64,000 nucleotides of DNA from contig CAWDYW010000001.1 in assembly GCA_963806855.1 (NCBI GenBank), forward strand, positions 1,184,001-1,248,000, in the 5' to 3' direction. Positions 20,585 to 29,667 of this stretch are shown here, one piece after another. The stretch comes from an uncultured Verrucomicrobiae bacterium (GTDB lineage Bacteria; Chlamydiota; Chlamydiia; Chlamydiales; Rhabdochlamydiaceae). The notes beneath the pieces were generated by a model. The model did not search any database, was not told the DNA's origin, and saw only the letters and a list, made by a program, of their open reading frames with translations. The number at the start of each line of letters is the position of its first letter. Within the stretch, counting starts at the first letter, position 1. The position numbers and the translations under genes are program-made.

Positions 20585-21870
20585 ATTGGTTCGAATTCCT
20601 TCTTGGTGAGGATATCCTTTTCCCCTTCGCTGCGGGCGACAAAGACGGCGCAGCAGCCATCAGCAAAAATATTCGTCGCAGAGCGGAACATATCGAGAAT
20701 CCGATCGACAGCCAAAAATAGCCCAACGCCTTCTGCGGGGAGGCCGAGAACCCGGAGCAGCACCAGAATAATCACCAAGCTGCCGCTAGGGATGCTGGCG
20801 ATGCCGATCGAGGTCAGCAGCGTCATGAAGATGAACAGAAATTGAGTGCCGATCGATAGCTCTATCCCAAAACTTTGGGCCACATAGAGCGCCGCCATCC
20901 CTTCATAGAGGGCCGAACCGGTCAAGTTAACCGAGACTCCCAGAGGGATCACCAGAGAACAAATCCTATTAGAGACCCCAGCCCGTTTTTCCATGCATTC
21001 CATCGTAATGGGCAGAGCCGCTGAAGAAGAGCTGGTGGAAAAGGCGGTGATCAGCGCAGGGGCCATCGCGCGGAACTGATTCCAGGGATTGACCTTTGAA
21101 ACAAATCTAAGCAGAAGTGGCAGAGCGACAAAGACAAAAACCGCTAAGGCGAGCAGGACGGTGACAAAGAACATACCGACCGAAGTGAGTGACTTGAGAC
21201 CAGTTTCTGCAAAGACCTTGGCGACCAAACAGAAGACACCTATGGGGAGCACCTTCATGATATAATGGGTGATATTGATCATTGCTTCAAAGATCCCATT
21301 CCAAAAATTCATGTGGTTCTCTGCAGCTTTAGCGCTAATATGGGTCAGTGCGTAACCAAAAAGAAAGCTAAAGAAAATGAGGCCGAGCATATTGCCCTTG
21401 GCGAACGCATCGAGCACATTGGGCGGAACCAGATCGAGGATCATCGTCACGAAGGCCCCTTTTCCATCTGTGTTGAGATTTTCACCCAGCGCCGCCAGTT
21501 TTTCCGGCGAGACGAGCTCTGAGATATTCCCTACATTGGCAGTCCCAGGGTGGAAAAGGTTGATGATGACGATCCCGATGATGATAGCGATGATTTTCGT
21601 CACAAAGTAAAAGATAAAGGTCTTAATTCCGATCCGACCAAATTCTCCTTCACTGCCGATGCGAGCAATCCCTGTGATGATCGAAGAGGAGACCAGGGGG
21701 ACGATGATCAGAGTCAGCGAATTGATGAACAATTTGCCGATCAGATCGTACATCGAATAGAAGGAGACGCCGAAAATTCCATGTTCTTTACCAGAAAGAG
21801 TGCCGAGCACAATCGCAAGTGCGATCGCAATGAGAACTGCCCAGGGTTTCTTCTTTTTTCGGTGTTGCAT
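20581..21870 (-). CDS. Dicarboxylate/amino acid:cation symporter (DAACS, GltP-like), copy 2
   Basis: AFSTSSSSAALP, PLGVSVNLTG, VDRILDMFRSATNIFAD. Confidence 0.93.
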   Translation of the reverse strand: MQHRKKKKPWAVLIAIALAIVLGTLSGKEHGIFGVSFYSMYDLIGKLFINSLTLIIVPLVSSSIITGIARIGSEGEFGRIGIKTFIFYFVTKIIAIIIGIVIINLFHPGTANVGNISELVSPEKLAALGENLNTDGKGAFVTMILDLVPPNVLDAFAKGNMLGLIFFSFLFGYALTHISAKAAENHMNFWNGIFEAMINITHYIMKVLPIGVFCLVAKVFAETGLKSLTSVGMFFVTVLLALAVFVFVALPLLLRFVSKVNPWNQFRAMAPALITAFSTSSSSAALPITMECMEKRAGVSNRICSLVIPLGVSVNLTGSALYEGMAALYVAQSFGIELSIGTQFLFIFMTLLTSIGIASIPSGSLVIILVLLRVLGLPAEGVGLFLAVDRILDMFRSATNIFADGCCAVFVARSEGEKDILTKKEFEPI

Positions 21871-21904
21871 CCTTTTCGCATCAAAAAGGATTGGTACTTT
21901 TTGG

Positions 21905-23164
21905 TCAAGAGAGAGGTTCTTTTAGAACCTTTTCCTTTTCGGTGTGGGCAACTAAGACAGCGCAGGAGCTGTCGCTGAAGACATTGACTGTGGTGCGGCA
22001 CATGTCGAGGATCCGGTCGACTGGCAGGATCAGTTCGAGCCCGGTGACGGGGAGTCCCATCGCATTGAGGACGATCATAATCGACACTAAGCTGCCCGAA
22101 GGGATGCCGGCGATCCCCATCGAGGTGATGAGGGAGAGGAAGACAATCAAGGCCTGATGGACGAAGGTGAGCTCGAGTCCATAGACTTGAGCGATGAAGA
22201 AGACGGCGACACATTCATAGAGGGCTGAGCCAGACATATTGACCGAGGTGCCGAGCGGAATGACAAAGCTGCAGATCTTGTTCGAAACGCCGGCCCGTTT
22301 TTCAACGCAGTCCATCGTGATGGGGAGGGTCGCGGTCGAAGAGCTGGTCGAAAAGGCGGTGATCAGGGCGGGCGCCATCGCTTGCAGGTGTCGAATCGGA
22401 TTGAGCCCCATGACTCGGAGTAGGAGGGGGAGGATCACGAACATAAAGACAGATAGGCCGATCGTCACGGTGGCAAAGAAAGAGAGAAGCGGTTTAAAGC
22501 TCTCGGGCCCTTGTTCGGCGGTGGCTTTGGCGACTAGGAAGAACACTCCAAGGGGCATCGCCTTCATGATGAATTGGGTCATCTTCATCAAAGTCGCAAA
22601 AATCCCTTTAATCGCACTGGATATGACCGTTGCCGAGTTTGACTCGATCTTGGCGAGGGCGAAACCAAAGAGGAAACTAAAAAAGAGGATCCCGAGCATG
22701 TTGCCATGGACGGCAGCTTCGAAGATGTTGACCGGAATGATTTTGAGAATGATCTTCCCAATGATGTCGCTATGGGAGGGGGCAGCTTGACTGAGAATTT
22801 CGGGAAGCGGAGCGGTGGGCAGTGTAGCGGCGGAATGGAGCCCAGGCTGAATAAGGTTTACTAGAATCATCCCCGTGAGTACCGCAAGCAGGGTGGTAAA
22901 GATGTAGAAGAAGAAAGTTTTGCCACCTAGCCGTCCAAAGGAATGGTCCCGGCCGATTTGGCTGATCCCAAAGATCACGCTTGAGGAGACGAGGGGCACC
23001 ATCAAGAGGGTGAGGGCATTGAGGAAGAGTTGTCCAAGAAAGGCAAAGAGTTTGATGTAGCGGATCCCGAATAGGGTCGAATCGGGGGTAGAAAAGGCTC
23101 CGACTAAAATGGCTAGAGCGATTGCGGCAAGCACTTGCCACAACATCGAAGATTTTTTTTGCAT
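21905..23164 (-). CDS. Dicarboxylate/amino acid:cation symporter (DAACS), copy 1
   Basis: AFSTSSSTATLP, PLGTSVNMSG, VDRILDMCRTTVNVFSD. Confidence 0.93.
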   Translation of the reverse strand: MQKKSSMLWQVLAAIALAILVGAFSTPDSTLFGIRYIKLFAFLGQLFLNALTLLMVPLVSSSVIFGISQIGRDHSFGRLGGKTFFFYIFTTLLAVLTGMILVNLIQPGLHSAATLPTAPLPEILSQAAPSHSDIIGKIILKIIPVNIFEAAVHGNMLGILFFSFLFGFALAKIESNSATVISSAIKGIFATLMKMTQFIMKAMPLGVFFLVAKATAEQGPESFKPLLSFFATVTIGLSVFMFVILPLLLRVMGLNPIRHLQAMAPALITAFSTSSSTATLPITMDCVEKRAGVSNKICSFVIPLGTSVNMSGSALYECVAVFFIAQVYGLELTFVHQALIVFLSLITSMGIAGIPSGSLVSIMIVLNAMGLPVTGLELILPVDRILDMCRTTVNVFSDSSCAVLVAHTEKEKVLKEPLS

Positions 23165-23175
23165 AAGCCCTACCT

Positions 23176-24078
23176 TTAAGTTTCAAGCGCCATCTTCCGC
23201 TGTGCCAGTTTTTCAATGACCGAGATGGGAGCGCTCTCGGGATTGACTAGCGCCGAAGGGGGGACCAAGATGGTCTGCTCGAGCGCATATTGGCCAGCGG
23301 TCGCCGCATGGGAGACCTGATCGGTAAAGACAATCCAGCAGGACATGGAGGGGAATTCCCAATAATCTTTAGGGCAGGTTTGTTGAAATTCTTGGTTTTC
23401 TTTTAAAAAATTATGCAGATTTAGCATGAAGACATCGTAAGGGGAGCGAAGAGTGATCGGGAGGCCCAATTTTTGGCCAAGGGAGGCAAGCGACCTTAGG
23501 AGGGTATCATTCTTGGGAAACCGGACATCTTTTCCTCCAAAACGGGCTGCGAGCACTTCGAGCGGATCGGAAGTTGTCCAAAATCTACTATCTGTCGGAT
23601 TGATGTTGGTGAAAAATCGCATGATCCGATTCCCGTTCATCGGCCGGGTGGGGAAGGAGTCGACATGGAGCAGATCGTTGCGGGCGCGGGTTCTAAGCTG
23701 TCTCCCTTTCTCTTGGAAGGGTCTAAAGCTGGCATAATCCAATTTCCATTGTGAAGCGTAGGGGGCGAGGAGCTCGGAAAGAAAGGTGGAGACAGTTTGA
23801 GAATAGCGCTGCATCACTTCCAAAAGCCGTTTTGAATGGTCTTCGGAGAGCTCAACTGCATTGGAGATGCTATTGGTTTTTGGTTTATAAGCGATATTTT
23901 TTCGGTTTTTTGCTCCTGTCTGTCTCTGAGCAAGGAGAAACTGCAGATCTTCATCCGCGAAATGGAAGGGGACGAAGGGGATGTAAAGGATATTTCCAGC
24001 TTCGAGCTGTTTACAATAGCGGTCTTGGTAGTTACTAGAAGCAAGCTCTTCTTTGTTGATCGTGATTAATTTTGCCAT
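23176..24078 (-). CDS. Kdo hydroxylase family protein (KdoO-like)
   Basis: LEAGNILY, KNIAY, SFRP, LHVDSFPTRP..G.RIMRFFTNINP, RSPYD.FML.LH..LK, FTDQVSHAA..GQYALEQT. Confidence 0.82.
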   Translation of the reverse strand: MAKLITINKEELASSNYQDRYCKQLEAGNILYIPFVPFHFADEDLQFLLAQRQTGAKNRKNIAYKPKTNSISNAVELSEDHSKRLLEVMQRYSQTVSTFLSELLAPYASQWKLDYASFRPFQEKGRQLRTRARNDLLHVDSFPTRPMNGNRIMRFFTNINPTDSRFWTTSDPLEVLAARFGGKDVRFPKNDTLLRSLASLGQKLGLPITLRSPYDVFMLNLHNFLKENQEFQQTCPKDYWEFPSMSCWIVFTDQVSHAATAGQYALEQTILVPPSALVNPESAPISVIEKLAQRKMALET

Positions 24079-24169
24079 AAAATTCCCCCCATAAATTCTT
24101 GCAATTCTACCCTCCTCACTGCTTATTTTCAACTTGAAAATTTTTCCACTCAAGTCTATACCAAAATAT

Positions 24170-24343
24170 TAGACCTCTTGCATAACTCAGGGTTCGTCGA
24201 TTTTCGGGATTATTTTGGCCGATTTTCGATTCAAATTGCAGGGGTCATATACGAGATGCTGATATTACCCCCGCAATTTGAAGTCGAAAATCGGCTCAAA
24301 AGAACCCGAAAATCGACAGAACCTGAGTTATGCAAGAGGTCTA
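24170..24343. mobile_element. Palindromic miniature element family A, copy 1
   Basis: TAGACCTCTTGCATAACTCAGG ... CCTGAGTTATGCAAGAGGTCTA terminal inverted repeats; folds along its whole length; homologous core at 28790, 36906 and 54051. Confidence 0.88.
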
Positions 24344-24345
24344 TT

Positions 24346-26271
24346 ATGAAAAACCTGACTCAAAAAATCATTGAAAGCCATCTTCTCACAGGGAAAATGA
24401 TCCCAGGGGAAGAGATCGGAATTAAAATCGACCAGACGCTGATGCAAGACGCCACCGGAACGATGGTGATGCTCGAGCTCGAGGCAATGGGGGTGAGCAA
24501 GGCCAAAGTCGAGATCTCTTGCCAATATGTCGACCACAATCTTCTCCAGACCGATTTTAAGAATGCCGATGACCACCTCTTCTTGCAGAGCGCCTGCGCT
24601 AAGTTTGGAATCCATTTTTCTCGCCCCGGAAATGGGGTCAGCCATCCGGTCCATATGGAAAATTTCGAGATTCCCGGAAAGACGCTGCTCGGATCAGATT
24701 CCCATACCTGTGCAGGAGGGGCAATGGGGATGCTCGCCATCGGGACTGGCGGACTGGAAGTGGCTCTGGCCACCATTGGGGAGCCATTTAATTTTAATAT
24801 GCCGCAAGTGATGGGTGTTAAGCTCATCGGCAAATTGCCCGATTGGGTCAGCGCAAAAGACATTATTTTAGAGATGCTCCGCCGTTACGATGTCGATGGG
24901 GGAGTGGGGAAGGTGATCGAATACTATGGCCCCGGCCTCGATTGTTTGAGCGCAATGGACAGGCACGTCATTGCCAATATGGGGGCGGAGCTAGGAGCAA
25001 CTGGGACCGTTTTCCCATCCGATGAGATGACTAGAACTTTCCTAAGGAAACAAAACAGAGAGAAAGATTGGATCGAGCTTAAAGCAGACAAAGGGGCCTC
25101 GTATGACCTCCACGATGAAATCGATCTCTCAAAGCTCGTCCCGCTCATTGCCTGCCCAACAAGTCCAGGTAACGTGGTACCCGTCTCCCAAGTGGCCGGC
25201 AAGCCGGTGCACCAAACGATGGTCGGCTCCTCTGCCAATCCAGGTCTACGAGATTTTGGGATTGCCGCGATGATTCTAGAAGGCCAAACGGTCAACCCGC
25301 GCGTCTCCTTCGATGTGATTCCCTCTTCGCGCCAAATTTTGCAAAACCTAGCCCACTCAGGCCATCTCGAGATGTTGATTGCCTCGGGCGCCCGCATTCA
25401 CCAAGCAGGGTGCAACGGCTGCATCGGCATGGGACAATCTCCTGCAACGGGAACCATCTCGCTGCGCACCGTTCCTCGCAATTTCCCGGGCCGTTCTGGA
25501 ACAAAGGGGGATCTGGTCTATCTCTGCAGTCCGGAAACTGCCGCCGCTGCCTCCTTGACCGGCGTGATTACCGATCCGCGCACTCTCAAGATGCCCTATC
25601 CAAAATACAAAGAGCCAGAAAAATATATTCTGCTTGAGAACCCTGTCGCGATTCCGCCTAAAAATGGCGAAGGTCTCCACATGGGGCCCAACATTAAGCC
25701 GCTGCCGAAATTTGGCCCTATAGAAAACCAGATGAAGGGGCCAGTCCTACTCAAAATGAAGGACAATGTTTCGACCGACGAGATTCTTCCCGCCGGGACC
25801 CGCGTCCTCCCATTCCGCAGCAATATCTATGAGATCTCCAAATTCACCCTCTCGGAAATCGATGAGACCTTCTATAGCCGCTGCCTCCCACATCAGAAAA
25901 GCGGCTCCTTTCTCATCGGAGGGGAGAACTATGGGCAAGGGTCGAGTCGTGAACATGCGGCGATCGCCCCCCGTTTTCTAGGAGTGCGAGCCGTGATTGC
26001 CAAGAGCTACGCCCGGATCCACCGAAAAAATTTGATCAATTTTGGAATTTTGCCCCTTCTTTTTGCCAAGAGCACCGATTACGATCAGATTGCTCAAGGC
26101 GATGTTTTGGAGATCGACGAAGTGCACAAACAGCTAAAAAGCGGTCACATGGTAAAGATCAAGAAAAATGGGAACGTCATGGAGATGAAACACGATATGA
26201 CCGAGTTAGAGCTAAAGGAGTTGCTCGCCGGCGGTTTGATCAACGTCTACCTTTCAAGGAATGCAAAGTAG
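24346..26271 (+). CDS. acn: Aconitate hydratase (short ~640 aa type)
   Basis: QDATGTM, DHN, GSDSHT, GCNGCIGMG, RNFPGR, STDEI.PAG, NYGQGSSREHAA; real start MKNLTQK just after the palindromic element. Confidence 0.93.
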   Translation: MKNLTQKIIESHLLTGKMIPGEEIGIKIDQTLMQDATGTMVMLELEAMGVSKAKVEISCQYVDHNLLQTDFKNADDHLFLQSACAKFGIHFSRPGNGVSHPVHMENFEIPGKTLLGSDSHTCAGGAMGMLAIGTGGLEVALATIGEPFNFNMPQVMGVKLIGKLPDWVSAKDIILEMLRRYDVDGGVGKVIEYYGPGLDCLSAMDRHVIANMGAELGATGTVFPSDEMTRTFLRKQNREKDWIELKADKGASYDLHDEIDLSKLVPLIACPTSPGNVVPVSQVAGKPVHQTMVGSSANPGLRDFGIAAMILEGQTVNPRVSFDVIPSSRQILQNLAHSGHLEMLIASGARIHQAGCNGCIGMGQSPATGTISLRTVPRNFPGRSGTKGDLVYLCSPETAAAASLTGVITDPRTLKMPYPKYKEPEKYILLENPVAIPPKNGEGLHMGPNIKPLPKFGPIENQMKGPVLLKMKDNVSTDEILPAGTRVLPFRSNIYEISKFTLSEIDETFYSRCLPHQKSGSFLIGGENYGQGSSREHAAIAPRFLGVRAVIAKSYARIHRKNLINFGILPLLFAKSTDYDQIAQGDVLEIDEVHKQLKSGHMVKIKKNGNVMEMKHDMTELELKELLAGGLINVYLSRNAK

Positions 26272-27082
26272 CGCTAACGAGCGCATTGTCTTCAAAGATT
26301 TTGGGGAGATTCTCCGATGCCCTAAGATAAATTAGGCCCTCGCAAGGTTCCCAAACGAACTCTTTTCCCTCCCATTGGATATAGGAAACACAGTGATCGT
26401 TCGAAGAGAGGAGATAGACCCCATCTTGGTTCCTGTCGAAGACTCGAGTAGAGGAGAGATCGAGCAGGTCCAATTCTAATCCATAGAAAGATTGAATCAG
26501 GGCAGCTTGTCGCGGTTGACCCTCTTCAAACTGCTTGGCGACAGCAACGATTGCTTTTTCTATAGGTTGAGTTTTTAATCTCTTTAGAAGCAGATAATTG
26601 AACCAATGGCAACTTCCCCAGCAAACCCCTCTACCGATCCGGTCAAAGTTCACTCTATTTAATTTTCTGTGTAATCGTGCTTTAATAAAAGGATCGGGAA
26701 TCTCCCCCCGTTTGACCGAGGAGAGATTAAACACGTCAGTTAAATCCAAACGGTATTCATTCACACTAGGAACCCAAAGGGCGCAGCCAAATCTCCATTG
26801 AGAGATGAGATAATCGATCGGTCGCAGAGCGCGCCTGGCCAAGAGGTTGATCTGATAAGACCAAAGAACAAGGGCTACGGTTTTGAGGAAAAGATAGGTA
26901 ACGATCGCAAGTGGTGCTGTAATAAGAATTAGCGCAACCTGCCACCGATTGTAATACAGATAATCGGACGGCCTGACCAGCTCCACCTCAGGGATCTTGT
27001 CCATTTCAGCAAGCTCATTTTCCGCAGTAAACAGAGTCTTGAGCTGTCTAAAGTCATTAATGAGAGTTGGCGAGTAGATCAT
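26240..27082 (-). CDS. YopT/AvrPphB-like (C58) cysteine protease domain protein, paralog 2
   Basis: GVCWGSCHWF ... DHCVSYI ... FVWEPCEG (Cys-His-Glu); N-terminal hydrophobic helix. Confidence 0.6.
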   Translation of the reverse strand: MIYSPTLINDFRQLKTLFTAENELAEMDKIPEVELVRPSDYLYYNRWQVALILITAPLAIVTYLFLKTVALVLWSYQINLLARRALRPIDYLISQWRFGCALWVPSVNEYRLDLTDVFNLSSVKRGEIPDPFIKARLHRKLNRVNFDRIGRGVCWGSCHWFNYLLLKRLKTQPIEKAIVAVAKQFEEGQPRQAALIQSFYGLELDLLDLSSTRVFDRNQDGVYLLSSNDHCVSYIQWEGKEFVWEPCEGLIYLRASENLPKIFEDNALVSATLHSLKGRR

Positions 27083-28298
27083 ATTTCTCAAAGTAAAGCT
27101 TTGATTGATGATTTCCAGGTTGATAATACCGCTCAAGAATATGCGTGAGCAGCTGCTTCTCATTCTTTGGTAAAAGACCGATTACAGGGTCCCAGAGATA
27201 TCCTGCGCCCTGGATTTTGATATAGACAAGCGAGTGACTCAAAACACCAAGACGATAGATTCCCTCATCGATCGATGCGATTTTTCGCTCTGCGATTTCA
27301 CGATTGCAATCGAGCTCGTAAAGAGAGATGTCGTGCTGCTTTAATCTCTGCCTGTCCATCTTGAGTAGCCGATGGGCTTTTTCGAGACTCTGCAGAAGAG
27401 CCCCTTGCTTAGGAATGCCTGCCTTAAATTGGGAGCTCACGGCGAGAAGATGTTGAAGCGGATCCTTAAATTTCCCAGCTGTTTTCAGATATAAATGGAT
27501 AAACCATAGAGACGCACCTCGGCAGAGTCCATCTGAATACAGACGAATCTCACGGAAATTTTGCTCAAGATAAGCATCCACCTGTTTGAGCATATCATAG
27601 AGCTTATTGAGCGCCTTTTCAGTCCCTTTTTCAGCAAAGTGATGCTTTAAAAATCGGATCGCATCTGCAGGTGAGTTGACATACTTTTCAGCGAAAATAT
27701 TCCTGATGCGAGCACTTTCTTCTTTAGTACGCCCTACCCCTGAGCCCCCAAACCATCCACCCTCTTTTCTTCTCACTTTATCTATCTGTTGATAAAACAC
27801 CTTCATCGCCTCCTTCACCCCATGCTTAAAGTTGACATCGTAAGAAGTCATCGAGATCACATCTTTATCGATGAGGAAGCTTTGTGGGATAGAACCATGC
27901 ATATAAACATCCCAGCTTGATGTTTGATGAACATTGAATGCCGGCATGAGAAGGGGAGATGAGCCCCCATTGAACTGCCATTGATTGCCGATCTGCTGCC
28001 AATCACGCTTCATCTGTTTAGAAAGAACAGAGAAAATTCTCGCTCCCTTCTGGAGGGCAATTTGGGAGAGACAAAATGCAATTGCCCTAAAAAATACCGA
28101 TGCAATCAACTCAAAAGGGTATTTCAGCGTAATCCAAACAATCTGCAAGCGGGAGAAGTGGCGAGTGTAGGTTGCCGGCTCTGCATTCGCTTCTGCCTCA
28201 ATGGCATGAATCGCCTCGGTGTCGTTAAACTGCCTCTCTAACCCCACATGATGATTAAAAAGATGTGGAGAAAAGACTTTAACCCCAGCGGCGCTCAT
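27057..28298 (-). CDS. YopT/AvrPphB-like (C58) cysteine protease domain protein, paralog 1
   Basis: GLCRGASLWF ... SHSLVYI ... YLWDPVIG (Cys-His-Asp). Confidence 0.68.
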   Translation of the reverse strand: MSAAGVKVFSPHLFNHHVGLERQFNDTEAIHAIEAEANAEPATYTRHFSRLQIVWITLKYPFELIASVFFRAIAFCLSQIALQKGARIFSVLSKQMKRDWQQIGNQWQFNGGSSPLLMPAFNVHQTSSWDVYMHGSIPQSFLIDKDVISMTSYDVNFKHGVKEAMKVFYQQIDKVRRKEGGWFGGSGVGRTKEESARIRNIFAEKYVNSPADAIRFLKHHFAEKGTEKALNKLYDMLKQVDAYLEQNFREIRLYSDGLCRGASLWFIHLYLKTAGKFKDPLQHLLAVSSQFKAGIPKQGALLQSLEKAHRLLKMDRQRLKQHDISLYELDCNREIAERKIASIDEGIYRLGVLSHSLVYIKIQGAGYLWDPVIGLLPKNEKQLLTHILERYYQPGNHQSKLYFEKYDLLANSH

Positions 28299-28364
28299 AG
28301 ACGACTCCCTTTTTTGCGGGAATGTTATACCGCTTTGTCCATTTCCTTGCAAATAGGTATAAAT

Positions 28365-28742
28365 CTAATGTTTATAAGGAGGTCGCCGTCTTTTATGAAC
28401 ATGCTTTTGGAGAAGTTCATTTAGAATAAAGCTGGCTAGAGCGACGATGAGCCCGCCCCAGAATGCACCCCAGAATGAGGTGATCTCAACCCCATACGAC
28501 ACCAGGCTTGCGACCCAAAAGACCAAGGCATTGATCAGAAGGGCGAAGATCCCAATTGTGAGCACCGTCAGAGGGAAGGAGATGATGATCAAAAAAGGGG
28601 TGATTGAAGCATTAAAAATCGCCACAATCAAGGCGAAAAGAAGTGCATCTCTAAAATTTGGAACATGCAATCCGGGCAGCACATGGGCCAGTCCCAAAAT
28701 CACAGCTCCCAACACAACAACACGAACGATAAAACGTAACAT
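28365..28742 (-). CDS. 4-TM holin-superfamily membrane protein (YvlD/DUF360-like)
   Basis: NA.I.PFL..ISFPLTVLT.G.F.L.INA...F.GAF.G. Confidence 0.85.
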   Translation of the reverse strand: MLRFIVRVVVLGAVILGLAHVLPGLHVPNFRDALLFALIVAIFNASITPFLIIISFPLTVLTIGIFALLINALVFWVASLVSYGVEITSFWGAFWGGLIVALASFILNELLQKHVHKRRRPPYKH

Positions 28743-28789
28743 AATTCCAGATTCTATGAATTCTTAAATAAGTTGGCAAGGAAATATTT

Positions 28790-28958
28790 GAACCTATCTC
28801 AATAAAATTTTTCGTCGATTTTCTGGATTATTTTGGCCAATTTTCGATTCAAATTCGGGGGGTAATATAAAGCTGACGCATATGACCCCCCGAATTTGAA
28901 TCGAAAATTGGCCAAAAGAACCGGAAAATCGACAGAAACTTTTTATTGAGATAGGTTC
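28790..28958. mobile_element. Palindromic miniature element family A, copy 2
   Basis: GAACCTATCTCAATAAAA ... TTTTATTGAGATAGGTTC termini around the same core; central segment inverted relative to copies 1 and 3. Confidence 0.88.
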
Positions 28959-29002
28959 GTGATTCAGAAAAATTGAGAATTGTGGTATAAATTACATCTA
29001 TT

Positions 29003-29620
29003 ATGAGAACATTATTTAATTTTATTTTTTGCGCATTAGTAATAATTTCAACGATTTTCTTTACTAGAGAGTTTGACACTTACAAACCTCAAACATTGCC
29101 ATTTGTTGGTTCGATGCTTGAGCCCTTCTCTGAAGAGGGGATTCACATCGGGGCAAAAGCCTATTCTCCAAAAGATAGCATGGTCTATCTCAATCGTGAT
29201 CTTCTTCATCGGGGACTACAGCCTCTCCAAGTGACGATTCAGAACAATACCCCCCGCTCATTTTATTTATCAAATGGGGGTCTCGATCTTCCAAATCTGA
29301 CCTCACGAGAAGTTGCCGGCAAGCTCACTCGCGGAGCCATTCCCCGGTCGATCGCCTTTCGTGTTGCTGGCTTTTTCTTTTGGCCGCTTCTTATCCCTGG
29401 AACAATCGATACTGTTCTCACGATGAAATCCTACTTTCATATCAAGCGGGAATACTATGCCAAATCGATTAAAGATTGTCCTGAATTGATCGTCCCTTAT
29501 TCGACAGTCAATCGGGTCATTTTCGTCCCGGCGCATCAATATTCCGAGGCGTTCACTCTTTACCTTCAAGACCCACGCAGCGGCAACTTTTACCCCTTTG
29601 ACATCGAAGTGCAAGGCTAA
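29003..29620 (+). CDS. Hypothetical membrane-anchored protein
   Basis: N-terminal TM helix plus an internal hydrophobic stretch; no recognised motif. Confidence 0.65.
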   Translation: MRTLFNFIFCALVIISTIFFTREFDTYKPQTLPFVGSMLEPFSEEGIHIGAKAYSPKDSMVYLNRDLLHRGLQPLQVTIQNNTPRSFYLSNGGLDLPNLTSREVAGKLTRGAIPRSIAFRVAGFFFWPLLIPGTIDTVLTMKSYFHIKREYYAKSIKDCPELIVPYSTVNRVIFVPAHQYSEAFTLYLQDPRSGNFYPFDIEVQG

Positions 29621-29667
29621 ATTCGAGCAATTGAAGTTAATTTAGGGAATTGTGCTAAGGTGGGGGA

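Noticed and set aside
24178..24345. 56-aa N-terminal extension of aconitase in the ORF track
   Set aside because: It is the translated palindromic element; aconitase homology starts at MKNLTQK (24346). It is kept only as a hypothesis in the findings.
28365..28742. Holin-family gene as evidence of a prophage
   Set aside because: No phage structural, lysis or integrase genes lie nearby, and this family is common in chromosomes.
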